A program made the translations under genes and the position numbers. DNA of 64,000 nt, from the IMG/VR virus record IMGVR_UViG_3300028048_000113, positions 1-64,000 of that record; one strand, given 5' to 3'. The notes beneath the pieces were generated by a model. It saw only the letters and a program-made list of their open reading frames with translations, was not told where the DNA came from and did no database searches. Origin of the DNA: a virus. Lineage: Duplodnaviria; Caudoviricetes. Numbering within the stretch: position 1 is the first letter of the stretch; the number at the start of each line of letters is the position of its first letter. Positions 38,327-47,989 of this stretch are shown one piece after another.

Positions 38327-39279
38327 TGGATATTCAAAATATAGAATTACAGACTGATATTTATAAGATTTTAGACAGATTATTTTCTGAACTGAATAGA
38401 AGAGGTTCCTCTTTATTTAGTCAGGGTTATAAAGAATCTGGTGACTATCTTATGGTTCAGTGTCCATATCATAAATTTGGACAGGAAAAACACCCATCTG
38501 CTGAGTTTAGAAAAGCAGATGGCTTTTTCTACTGTTTTAATTGTAAAGCATCTCATCCTCTTCCTTCTGTTATCTCAGATTTATTAGATACAAATGGTAG
38601 AGCTTGGTTACTTGAAAATTTTGATGGTGTTGATACCTCAAATAGAGAAGTAGACAAGTTAGACTTACCTGAAAGAAAAGTAAAAGAGAAAGTTTATATA
38701 GATCCTAAGGAACTAGATAAATATAGAGTAAGACATCCTTATATGTATCAGAGAAAGATGACAGATGAGATAATAGATAAATTTGACATTGGATATGATG
38801 AAGAAACTCAATGCATTACTTTTCCTATTAAAGATGAATTTGGAAATATTCTTTTTATAGCACGAAGAAGTGTTAATACAAAATACTTTCACTATCCTAA
38901 TAATGTTGACAAACCTCTTTATGGTCTCTATGAAATTTATAGAGAAATGAAAGCAGGTAAGAATATTGATACTATTTATGTATGTGAAAGTATGATTAAT
39001 GCTCTTACTCTTTGGAGTTGGGGAAAGTATGCAATAGCATTGAATGGAACAGGTTCTTATAAGCAACATGAAATGCTAAAGAAAACACCTTTTAAAGAAT
39101 TGATATTAGCCCTCGATCCAGATCCTGCAGGAAGAAAAGGAACTGAAAAGATAAAAGCTGCTCTAGAAAGCACTAAAATAATTAGTGAACTGAATATTCC
39201 TGAAGGTAAGGATGTTAATGATCTTACTTATGACGAATTCACTAGATTGACTGTAAAAGATGATTTTTGGTTTTTATAA
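38326..39279 (+). CDS. DNA primase, DnaG-type (CHC2 Zn finger plus TOPRIM)
   Basis: CPYH...E.HPS...CFNC; CESMINAL, LALDPDPAG, KDVND. Confidence 0.85.
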   Translation: MDIQNIELQTDIYKILDRLFSELNRRGSSLFSQGYKESGDYLMVQCPYHKFGQEKHPSAEFRKADGFFYCFNCKASHPLPSVISDLLDTNGRAWLLENFDGVDTSNREVDKLDLPERKVKEKVYIDPKELDKYRVRHPYMYQRKMTDEIIDKFDIGYDEETQCITFPIKDEFGNILFIARRSVNTKYFHYPNNVDKPLYGLYEIYREMKAGKNIDTIYVCESMINALTLWSWGKYAIALNGTGSYKQHEMLKKTPFKELILALDPDPAGRKGTEKIKAALESTKIISELNIPEGKDVNDLTYDEFTRLTVKDDFWFL

Positions 39280-39358
39280 AAAAAATAGTTTACAAATATC
39301 ATTTTTTAGTGTTATAATAAATTTATCAAAAAACCTAATCTAAAAAGGAGAATAATAT

Positions 39359-39667
39359 ATGAGTCAGTTTAAGTGGTGTTATGAAAAGTCTTGCAAGGGC
39401 AAGTGTGAAGACTATGATAATAATCATTGTGATGGATGCTATTTCTTTGAAGCATACATTCTTGGTATGATGGAAATGGCAGAGAGTGCAAAGTGGGTAG
39501 ATATTACTAAGGTAAATAGTTGTACAGCTGAGAAGTTATATTCAGGAAAGTGCAGCAAGTGTAACAACACAGTGAGAGTTTGCCTCACTAATGAAGACAC
39601 AAAGGAATTTGCTAAGGCACTTCCATTCTGCCCCAAGTGTGCAGCATCCATGTTGGAGAAAAAGTAA
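39359..39667 (+). CDS. Zinc-ribbon protein
   Basis: Cys clusters; promoter TTTACA-N18-TATAAT at 39289-39318. Confidence 0.55.
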   Translation: MSQFKWCYEKSCKGKCEDYDNNHCDGCYFFEAYILGMMEMAESAKWVDITKVNSCTAEKLYSGKCSKCNNTVRVCLTNEDTKEFAKALPFCPKCAASMLEKK

Positions 39668-39856
39668 ATGGATAAAGAAGTAAAAAAGATAGCTGAATAT
39701 ATGGGTCAAACAAACCCTATAGCTATTGAAGTTCTTGAAAGTACCTGGTGTACTTTCTCAAAGGAAATCTTAAATAAAGACTGGGCTCCAGTTGAAGACA
39801 TTACTCTTAAAGCCTATGCAGAATGGCTTAAAAGAGAAAGTGAAATCTGGAGATAA
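39668..39856 (+). CDS. Hypothetical protein
   Basis: GGAG RBS, 62 aa. Confidence 0.5.
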   Translation: MDKEVKKIAEYMGQTNPIAIEVLESTWCTFSKEILNKDWAPVEDITLKAYAEWLKRESEIWR

Positions 39857-39979
39857 AATCACTTAAAGACTTTTAAAATAAAGAGCTGATCTAAATGGTC
39901 AGCTCTTTTAATTTACTATTTACAAAAATATTATTTTTAGTATATAATAAATTTAACAAAATCTTAAAGGAATAGAACT

Positions 39980-40372
39980 ATGTATCTAGAAATTACAGAA
40001 GAAGAGCTTAATAATAGAATAAGACACATGGATTACTTGTTCTATTTCAAGAGTCAAGGTGGACATTTTGGATCAACTGAAGAGGTCTTAATGATCTTTG
40101 CTGTCCAGAATAAATTTGCTATCTACAATGGAAAGATGGATTATCTTTCTTTGATGTCATCTTGGCAATATGAAAAGTTTGTTAAGAAAATTACAAGATA
40201 TACAAAGAACTGGAAAGTTCATGACAATAAAAACTGGGCTGGAGATAACTATAACATAGTTATTAACTTTGATGGTGCTCCAAGGTCTTACTGTGGAAAT
40301 ATTTTATGTAAGAATTGGAAAAAGTTTTATAGATTAGTAGATTGTATTAGAAAAGGAATGACAATTGTATGA
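39980..40372 (+). CDS. Hypothetical protein
   Basis: Promoter TTTACA at 39919; AAGGA RBS. Confidence 0.55.
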   Translation: MYLEITEEELNNRIRHMDYLFYFKSQGGHFGSTEEVLMIFAVQNKFAIYNGKMDYLSLMSSWQYEKFVKKITRYTKNWKVHDNKNWAGDNYNIVINFDGAPRSYCGNILCKNWKKFYRLVDCIRKGMTIV

Positions 40373-41166
40373 GTGCATTAGATAAGAGAATGAAGGAATT
40401 TTATGAGTTTATCCCAAAAACAAAACTCATGAGAAGATGTCCAGTTGCTATTAGAATTGATGGTAAGGCATTCCACACATTTACTAGAGGTTTTAAGAAG
40501 CCTTTTGATAAAATTATGATTGAAACTATGCAGGAAACAACCAAGTATCTTTGTGAGAATATTCAGGGTTGTGTTCTTGGTTATACACAGTCAGATGAGA
40601 TTACCTTGATCCTTATTGATTATAAGAATCTTGAGAGTTCAGCTTGGTTTGACTATGAAGTTCAGAAGATTTGTAGTGTTGCTGCATCTATGGCAACCAT
40701 GCAATTTAATAGATTGTTTGCTAAAAAGGTTGCTATGTATAAGGATAAGTTAGATGATCTCAGAGCAATGAGAATTATTACTGATACAGATATTGCATTA
40801 GGTCTTGCTTATGAGAAGTCACTTGAGAATGGTGCAATGTTTGATGCTAGATGTTTTAATATTCCTAAGGATGAGGTTTGTAATCTTATCTATTGGAGAC
40901 AGCAGGATGCTTCAAGAAATAGTATTCAGATGCTGGCTAGAACATATTATTCATCTAAGCAGCTTCAGGGTAAGAAAAATACTATGATTCAGGATATGCT
41001 CTTTAAAGACTTTGGTATCAATTGGAATGATTGTCCAGTAGTTGAGAAGAGAGGTACAGCTTGCATTAAGGATGAAGATGGCAAGTGGTTTATTGATGAG
41101 AATATGCCTATTCTTAGAGCCAAAGACAGACAGTATGTTGAGAAACTCATCTATCTAGACAAATGA
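40369..41166 (+). CDS. tRNA(His) guanylyltransferase Thg1 / TLP
   Basis: IRIDGKAFHTFT, YTQSDEI, FDAR, WRQQDASRNS. Confidence 0.92.
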   Translation: MSALDKRMKEFYEFIPKTKLMRRCPVAIRIDGKAFHTFTRGFKKPFDKIMIETMQETTKYLCENIQGCVLGYTQSDEITLILIDYKNLESSAWFDYEVQKICSVAASMATMQFNRLFAKKVAMYKDKLDDLRAMRIITDTDIALGLAYEKSLENGAMFDARCFNIPKDEVCNLIYWRQQDASRNSIQMLARTYYSSKQLQGKKNTMIQDMLFKDFGINWNDCPVVEKRGTACIKDEDGKWFIDENMPILRAKDRQYVEKLIYLDK

Positions 41167-41558
41167 ATAAAGAACAACTAAAAGAAGCAATAAAATATAT
41201 TGAATTTGAAAATAAACTGTATGAGGCTGCTCAGGCAGTTAAAAAAGAATGTAAAATAAATTGTTATTGTGAAAAAATTATATTAAATAGTAAAGATCAT
41301 ATTATCTACACTATTGTTTTTATTGAACCAATTCAATATAATGCTGTTGCAAAAGCTAGTGTTAAGTTTGAATTTGATAAGCTTACCTATGGATTATCTT
41401 CAGGTGGACCTTATATTAATAATACTGATAATGTATTAGTAGATGATACAAAATATAATGAAGCCTTATTTAGAATTGGTATGGCTATAGGATATTTTTC
41501 AAGAGAATTTCAAAATGAATTAGTACAAATGCAACATGATATTTGTGAGGGCACATAA
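41163..41558 (+). CDS. Hypothetical protein
   Basis: 131 aa ORF in operon. Confidence 0.5.
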   Translation: MNKEQLKEAIKYIEFENKLYEAAQAVKKECKINCYCEKIILNSKDHIIYTIVFIEPIQYNAVAKASVKFEFDKLTYGLSSGGPYINNTDNVLVDDTKYNEALFRIGMAIGYFSREFQNELVQMQHDICEGT

Positions 41559-41993
41559 ATGGCTTCATATAAAAATGCTCTAGACAGATTAATGAAAGAA
41601 GCTTATTTAGAAGAAGAGCTTAGAAAACTTGTAGATGATGCTAATATAGATTTGGCATCAGATAAGAGTATTGCCTGTTCTCTTAGGAAAATTTATAAAA
41701 ATGGCATATCTTATTATCATATTATTTTTACTGGTTATGGAATTGATATAGGTTTAGGACCTAAAATAGAAACTCCTATATCATTTAGAGTTGAATCAAA
41801 TAAAATTGTTTTAGGTAGTACAACTGGAAATATAATAGTAAAAATTCCATCAGTATTAAATAATATTAAAGAATCAGCAATTAATAATGAAAAACATAGA
41901 TTAGAAATAATCAAACATGAATTTTTTACTAAATATGGTGATAGAATTGATAAAATAATAGAAGAATATAATAAAACTTTAAAGGAGAGTTAA
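41559..41993 (+). CDS. Hypothetical protein
   Basis: 144 aa ORF in operon. Confidence 0.5.
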   Translation: MASYKNALDRLMKEAYLEEELRKLVDDANIDLASDKSIACSLRKIYKNGISYYHIIFTGYGIDIGLGPKIETPISFRVESNKIVLGSTTGNIIVKIPSVLNNIKESAINNEKHRLEIIKHEFFTKYGDRIDKIIEEYNKTLKES

Positions 41994-41994
41994 A

Positions 41995-42171
41995 ATGCTA
42001 AAAAATATAGAAAAGTACATACCAGTAGATTACAAGTTAACTTGGATAGATAAGTGTATTACTCCTATGGATGCTCCAGCATTTCAAGATAGTGATCCTG
42101 AAGTAAAGAAATTAAGTGATGCTCTTTGGCATATTGCATTGAGAGAATTATTTCTTCCTACTGAAGACTAA
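41995..42171 (+). CDS. Small hypothetical protein (58 aa)
   Basis: AAGGAG RBS, ATG 41995, TAA 42169-42171. Confidence 0.5.
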   Translation: MLKNIEKYIPVDYKLTWIDKCITPMDAPAFQDSDPEVKKLSDALWHIALRELFLPTED

Positions 42172-42205
42172 TTTAATTATATATAGTATGTTAGGAGGAT
42201 AATAT

Positions 42206-43018
42206 ATGAGACTTAATCAAGATGGCTGTAATGATTTATGTCCAAAAGACAAAAATCTAGCCATAAACGTTGTAAATTATCTAAAAGCAGGAAATAGAGT
42301 TATTGGAGATCCTGGAGAAGGATTAAAACAAACTCTAGCGAAACTTGAAGAACAAAAAGCAAATAGAGATTTTGGTATTCTCGACTGGAAAACTGTAGAT
42401 GCCGATCTTGAAGAACAAATTTCCAAAACAAAAGCAGGAATAAAAGGTGAGGAGCAGTTATGTGAATACTTAGCTACTCTTATTAAATATGATGATAAGT
42501 TAGATGGTTTAATTGCATTTGCCTCACTTGCTTATGATTTTGGTGAAGAGAATGATAAGGATTATATTCCTGATACTGATACTTTATTGGTATACGGTAA
42601 TCATATTTTAGTAGTTGATGCTAAAAATCTTAAAACAAAACCAGGCAATCCTCTTATTCTAGTTGATGATATGGTTATGGATGCTGAAAAAATGAGAGAA
42701 TTGATTACTGTACATCCATCTACTCATATTTGGGAAAAAGTAATGGCTGATGCAGGAATTCCTTTAGAGTCAATTGATGGTTATGTATGTATCGTTAATG
42801 ACCAAGAAGTTGAAATCATAAGAGATGAACATTGGGAAGAATGTAATACTAAACTTATTCATATTGCAGAACTTAGAGATGTTCTTGAACAGTGGGTTGA
42901 AGGCAAAGATAATACAGCATCACTTAGAATGTTAACTGAGATTGCTAAAGCACAGATTAGAAAAGAAAAAGATTTGTCTTTTGATATAGACACTATCAAA
43001 CGTAAGTTTGGTATATAA
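42206..43018 (+). CDS. NERD-like PD-(D/E)xK nuclease domain protein
   Basis: KAGIKGEE...DTDTLLV....LVVDAKN. Confidence 0.55.
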   Translation: MRLNQDGCNDLCPKDKNLAINVVNYLKAGNRVIGDPGEGLKQTLAKLEEQKANRDFGILDWKTVDADLEEQISKTKAGIKGEEQLCEYLATLIKYDDKLDGLIAFASLAYDFGEENDKDYIPDTDTLLVYGNHILVVDAKNLKTKPGNPLILVDDMVMDAEKMRELITVHPSTHIWEKVMADAGIPLESIDGYVCIVNDQEVEIIRDEHWEECNTKLIHIAELRDVLEQWVEGKDNTASLRMLTEIAKAQIRKEKDLSFDIDTIKRKFGI

Positions 43019-43114
43019 AAAAATATTTACTTCATTTCAGTCATAAATATAATATGAATTGTAACTAATTTCAGTAATGAAATTGCGGCTTTTTATAAAT
43101 GAAAGGAAAAAGAA

Positions 43115-44092
43115 ATGACTGATCAAGATTTGGTCAAGAAAATCTCCAAGATAGTTATTGGAGCATTAGCAGGTATAGTAGCAATCATACTTGTATGTAA
43201 TTGCTTCTATAAAGTAGATGAGCAACATAATGCTGTACTTACTCAGTTTGGTACAGTACTTAAGGTTGACACAGCTGGTTTTTACTTTAAAGCACCTTGG
43301 CAGGTTGCAAGAAAAGTAGATATGACCACTCATGGTACACCTATTGGTTATTCAATTGAGAATGGTCAAAATATTCCAAATACAGATGATGGTATAATGA
43401 TTACAGAAGATTACAACTTCTTAAACATTGACTTCTATATGGAATATGCAGTAGTTGATCCAGTAGCTTATTTGTATAATACAGAAAATCCTGAACTTGT
43501 TTTGAGAAACATTGCACAAGCAAATATCAGAACAGTTGTTTCAAATTATACAGTTGATGAAGCTATGACAACTGCAAAGGGACAGATTCAGGCAGATATT
43601 AAGCAAGCCATTATGGATGAGCTTGATAAGAATAATATTGGTCTTAAGATTATCAATATTACAATTCAGGACTCAGAACCACCTACAGATACAATTAAGG
43701 CTGCATTCCAGTCAGTAGAAAATGCTAAGCAGGGTGCAGACACAGCAATGAATAAGGCTAAGGAATATCAGAATAGCCAGCTTCCTGCAGCACAGGCTGA
43801 AGCAGATAATATTATTCAGCAGGCTGAGGCTGATAAACAGGCAAGAATTGCAGAGGCTCAAGGTCAGGTAGAAAGATTTAATAAAATCTATGAGGAATAT
43901 AAGTTATTCCCTACTGTAACAAAAGCAAGATTATTCTATGAAAGAATGGAAAATGTACTTCCTGGTTGTAAGATTATTATTACAGATGGTACTACATCCA
44001 CAGTATATCCTGTAGATTCTTTTACAAAGAATACTCCACCTTATAAGCCAGTTGAAACAACAACTACCACAACTGATGGAGGTAATGGCTAA
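43115..44092 (+). CDS. hflK: FtsH protease modulator HflK (SPFH)
   Basis: TM, AVLTQFG, MITEDYN, IQD.EPP, AF..V..AKQ, AQGQVERF, RL.YE.ME.VL. Confidence 0.85.
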   Translation: MTDQDLVKKISKIVIGALAGIVAIILVCNCFYKVDEQHNAVLTQFGTVLKVDTAGFYFKAPWQVARKVDMTTHGTPIGYSIENGQNIPNTDDGIMITEDYNFLNIDFYMEYAVVDPVAYLYNTENPELVLRNIAQANIRTVVSNYTVDEAMTTAKGQIQADIKQAIMDELDKNNIGLKIINITIQDSEPPTDTIKAAFQSVENAKQGADTAMNKAKEYQNSQLPAAQAEADNIIQQAEADKQARIAEAQGQVERFNKIYEEYKLFPTVTKARLFYERMENVLPGCKIIITDGTTSTVYPVDSFTKNTPPYKPVETTTTTTDGGNG

Positions 44093-44093
44093 T

Positions 44094-44975
44094 ATGAGAA
44101 AGAATAAAATTTTAATTGGTGTATTTGCAGGTGTGGCAGTACTTATTGGATTGATTGTATTCTTTGCATCAGTCTATACAGTACATACAAAGGAATCTGC
44201 AATTGTAGTTAGACTTGGTAAGGCACAAGCAACAGTTACAGAAACTGGAATGCATGCACATGCTCCATTCATTGAATCTACAGTAAAGGTTTATATGGGT
44301 GAGAACTTGTATGATATGCCTAAGTCAGATGTAATTACTTCAGACAAGAAATCAATGATTGCTGATAATTATGTTATTTGGGAAGTAACAGATGCTCTCA
44401 AATATTACCAAACACTTGGTGGTGTTAAGAATAGAGCTGAGGAAAGAGTTGAGGCTGCAGTATACAATGCAACCAAGAATACAATTTCTTCAATGACTCA
44501 GGAAGAAATTATTGCTGCAAGAGGTATGACTCTTACAAATGCAATTACATCAGCATCTAACTCAGATATTGCACAGTATGGTATTAATATTAAGATTGCT
44601 GAAATTAAGGCACTTGACCTTCCTGATAACAACAAGGAAGCTGTCTATAACAGAATGATCTCTGAGAGACAGAATATTGCAGCTGGTTACACAGCTCAGG
44701 GTAATAAGGATGCTCAGATTGTCATTAATGATACTGACAAGCAAGCTTCTATTATTAGGGCTGATGCTGAGGCAAAAGCAGCAATTATTAGAGCTGAAGG
44801 TGAAGCAGAGTACATGAAGATCCTTTCAGCAGCATATAATGATCCTGACAAGGCAGCATTCTATAACTATCTTAGAGGATTAGATGCACTTGAAGCTCTT
44901 GCAAAAGCAGACTCCACAATTATCCTTGATAAGGACTCTGATTATGCAAAGATCCTTTATGGTTATTACACATAA
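44094..44975 (+). CDS. hflC: FtsH protease modulator HflC (SPFH)
   Basis: TM, IVVRLG, ITSDKK, VYNRMISERQ, DP...FYNYLRGL. Confidence 0.85.
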   Translation: MRKNKILIGVFAGVAVLIGLIVFFASVYTVHTKESAIVVRLGKAQATVTETGMHAHAPFIESTVKVYMGENLYDMPKSDVITSDKKSMIADNYVIWEVTDALKYYQTLGGVKNRAEERVEAAVYNATKNTISSMTQEEIIAARGMTLTNAITSASNSDIAQYGINIKIAEIKALDLPDNNKEAVYNRMISERQNIAAGYTAQGNKDAQIVINDTDKQASIIRADAEAKAAIIRAEGEAEYMKILSAAYNDPDKAAFYNYLRGLDALEALAKADSTIILDKDSDYAKILYGYYT

Positions 44976-44984
44976 TTAAATAAA

Positions 44985-45021
44985 GAGGAGTAGATCTTTT
45001 AGGAGGTCTACTCCTTTATTT
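44985..45021 (+). terminator. Rho-independent terminator
   Basis: AGGAGTAGAT(C)/GGTCTACTCCT stem plus T-rich tail. Confidence 0.65.
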
Positions 45022-45026
45022 TGTGT

Positions 45027-45046
45027 GTGAAAGGCTATTTAATTAT
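45027..45046 (+). promoter_or_regulatory. Conserved 20-bp motif, copy 2 (before RNAP operon)
   Basis: GTGAAAGGCTATTTAATTAT. Confidence 0.7.
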
Positions 45047-45127
45047 TATATCGTTTATAGTAATTGGTTTACTTTTTAACAATGTTAAATATAATAAATT
45101 TATATATATTTTAAAGGAGGTACTGCT

Positions 45128-45706
45128 ATGAAGCGTACTGAAAATGATTTCGAGAAGATTAAGATTACGAAAGCCTCCACTAATAAAGTTGCTTGCAACC
45201 TTTATTACGACTCATTTGGAATTGAAAAGATCAAAATTCAAAACTTTGACTATGCATCAAAGCAAAGCATAGACAGTTATATTGATTTTGAAGACGTTAT
45301 TAGAATTGCAGCTGACTGTATGTCAGGCAAGATTATTAAGGACATTGAAAAGGCTCAGGCAGAAAACAAGCAGTACAGCCTTGGATATAAGGGTTCAAAG
45401 TCCTCCTCTATTTATGATGGAAAGCCTGAATCAAGACAGATTACATTTGGTTTGTCTGGTGGTAAGGTTTACATCAATATGACAAGATGTGAAGGTGTAG
45501 TTGACCCTGAAAATGGAACCATTAAGCCTAATGCTACTAGAGATAAGTCAAAGGATCTCAAGCTCTCAGTTGGTGTAGATGTGGATAAGTTTAGAGCAAT
45601 GTTCTTGTATGCAGATGCTTGGATTAAGGCATATCTTTCTAGAGAAGTACCTCTCCTTTATGATGAGGTAGACCAGAAGAGAAAGGAAAATTCTAAGACA
45701 AACTAA
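45128..45706 (+). CDS. Hypothetical protein, first gene of RNAP operon
   Basis: AAAGGAGGT RBS, 192 aa. Confidence 0.65.
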   Translation: MKRTENDFEKIKITKASTNKVACNLYYDSFGIEKIKIQNFDYASKQSIDSYIDFEDVIRIAADCMSGKIIKDIEKAQAENKQYSLGYKGSKSSSIYDGKPESRQITFGLSGGKVYINMTRCEGVVDPENGTIKPNATRDKSKDLKLSVGVDVDKFRAMFLYADAWIKAYLSREVPLLYDEVDQKRKENSKTN

Positions 45707-45727
45707 TCCAAATTTGGAGGTACCAAA

Positions 45728-47989
45728 ATGACAATTCCTGAATTATTTGAGAAAGAATTGAAGTTTTGGATTGAAGCAAATGAAAAGTTCCTGGGTGTCA
45801 CTCCTATCGATGACACCTGGGACTATGCTGATATTCAAGCTTCAATTGACGAATCATGTAAGAAGTTCTGGAACGTTGAAAAACCTTGTAAGTTAGCAAC
45901 TAACTTAAACAAAGGACTTCTTAATAAAGACGCTAGTCTCCAGGTAAAAAATTCATATATGCTTAAGTTAAACTTCTATAACATGTGTATAGATGTTTTT
46001 GGCGATTATGGACCTGAATATGGACTCAAAAAGATCTGCGCAATACCTACTCCTTGCAATGATCTTTGCTGGATTATCAATAGAACACATTACGTCACAA
46101 GAGTAGCTGCAACTAAAGATATTTATGGTTGCGTAAGTAAGGAAAGTTACAACCTCATTAAGGGAGAGGGTTGGAATTATACTATTGATACTGATACTTT
46201 TGATTGTGTTGTTACAAAAGATGAATATAAGTTCAATCCTACATTGGATGAAATCTTCGATAATCACCTTTCAAGACGTTCAAAGTATTTGTTAGAAGCA
46301 GTTCTTGGTGAACCTGTTACAAAGGAAAACTTCAAGGCAGGTTTAAGAAAGCTTCCTACTTTCGACAAATCTTCTATTTTTAATTATAAATTTACGCGTA
46401 TGGAATATTTTGAGGATGTTGTACTCAATTCTAAGAAGTATGCACAGCCTACAAAAGATATTCTTCTTGGCGTTAATACAATCATTTCTTCAAAGACAAG
46501 ACAGTGGACAAGTACTAAGGAGCATATTGATGGTTGTTTAGTACGTTCAGAGTCTAAGATCTTTGCACTTGAAAACTTTAGAACATGTGCAAACTTCTTC
46601 AATATTGAAAGAAAAGATAACCCTAATATTAATGCTGCAGCTGCAAGCAGTGTACACTCTAAGTTTACCTATAATGATGCTAATGGTTTCTTTGATTCAT
46701 TCAAGACCGTCACATCAAAATCAGCTGGTAGACAGAGATTATTGCTTGATAATGTAGTTACAAAACATGGTCTTCTTTGGATTGTTGATGAAGATGGCAC
46801 TATGCATAATATGTTTGAATATTTGGATATGCCTCAGGATGAGAGACTTTCTTGTTTGTCAAAGGCTCCTTTCTGCAATAACGATAAGCCTAAGAGAATC
46901 ATGATGAATGCTAAGATGACTTCACAGGCAGTTCCTCTTGCTGAAGAAATTGATGAACTTACTCATAGAATTACTGCAAGGGTTGGATTTACTGATATTG
47001 AAGGTTATACAGCAGCTGACTCAATCATTATTTCAGAGTCATTTGCAAAGAGACTTAGAACATACGATCAGGAAATTCTCTACTTAGATAAGAATTCAAA
47101 CCTTTATAAGGCTCTTACAGAAACTGAACCTGTAGTATTTGATCTCACATTACTTAAGGCGGTTTTCCCTAGAAAGAATGATGCAATTCTTCTTTCATTT
47201 GAGAATGTCAAGATTGATCACATTGATCACGTTGATGACTATAGAGCAAGAGTATTTATTACTTGGGAAATTCCTTTCAGACTTGGCGATAAGATTACAA
47301 ATCTTCATGGTGCTAAGGGTACAGTTGGTTTAATCTTACCTGATGATAAGATGCCTAGACTTACCAAGAAAGTTGGTAATATGAAGGCTGGTCCTTTGGA
47401 AATAATTATTTCAGGTTATTCAGCTATGAGACGTGGATCTCTTGGTCAGATCTTTGAGGCATGGTCTCTTGCTACTGGAAATACCGATGTTGACTTTGCT
47501 GCAGATGCTATTGCAAAACATGGCAAAGCAATGGAAACATATAGTAAGAATTCAATAGTTGAATATAATGGTGAAACACAAGTCATTCCTGTAGGTATTA
47601 ACTACATTATGAGATTGTATCACCATGCATCAACCAAAGTTTCTTGTTCCTCTGCTGATTTTGCATATAAGAGAACATTAAGATTTGGTGAGATGGAAAA
47701 ACTTAATCTTGTAGCTAATGATTGTCCTAATATCCTTAAGGAACTTGGTATTAGATCAGTTACTAAGTATATTGGTTCTCATAAGCTTATTAACCAGATT
47801 GAAGAGACAAGAGAGCTTCCTAAGAATGCTCATATGTCACTCCAGTTTGTAGAAATTCTTAAATCAATGGGATATAAGTTAACTGTAAGTAAGCTTTCAG
47901 ATAATTATAGTGGAACAGATGAGAAAGATGATGATAACTTGAATGCTATCATCAAGAAGGAGGTCAAGTCAAATGAAGATGACAATTGA
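45728..47989 (+). CDS. Divergent RNA polymerase beta-subunit homolog (753 aa)
   Basis: PFCNNDKPKRIMMNAKMTSQAVPL, GYTAADSIIISE, GDKITNLHGAKGTVG, GQIFE, VG..YIMRLYH, RFGEME match the ordered beta motifs. Confidence 0.9.
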   Translation: MTIPELFEKELKFWIEANEKFLGVTPIDDTWDYADIQASIDESCKKFWNVEKPCKLATNLNKGLLNKDASLQVKNSYMLKLNFYNMCIDVFGDYGPEYGLKKICAIPTPCNDLCWIINRTHYVTRVAATKDIYGCVSKESYNLIKGEGWNYTIDTDTFDCVVTKDEYKFNPTLDEIFDNHLSRRSKYLLEAVLGEPVTKENFKAGLRKLPTFDKSSIFNYKFTRMEYFEDVVLNSKKYAQPTKDILLGVNTIISSKTRQWTSTKEHIDGCLVRSESKIFALENFRTCANFFNIERKDNPNINAAAASSVHSKFTYNDANGFFDSFKTVTSKSAGRQRLLLDNVVTKHGLLWIVDEDGTMHNMFEYLDMPQDERLSCLSKAPFCNNDKPKRIMMNAKMTSQAVPLAEEIDELTHRITARVGFTDIEGYTAADSIIISESFAKRLRTYDQEILYLDKNSNLYKALTETEPVVFDLTLLKAVFPRKNDAILLSFENVKIDHIDHVDDYRARVFITWEIPFRLGDKITNLHGAKGTVGLILPDDKMPRLTKKVGNMKAGPLEIIISGYSAMRRGSLGQIFEAWSLATGNTDVDFAADAIAKHGKAMETYSKNSIVEYNGETQVIPVGINYIMRLYHHASTKVSCSSADFAYKRTLRFGEMEKLNLVANDCPNILKELGIRSVTKYIGSHKLINQIEETRELPKNAHMSLQFVEILKSMGYKLTVSKLSDNYSGTDEKDDDNLNAIIKKEVKSNEDDN

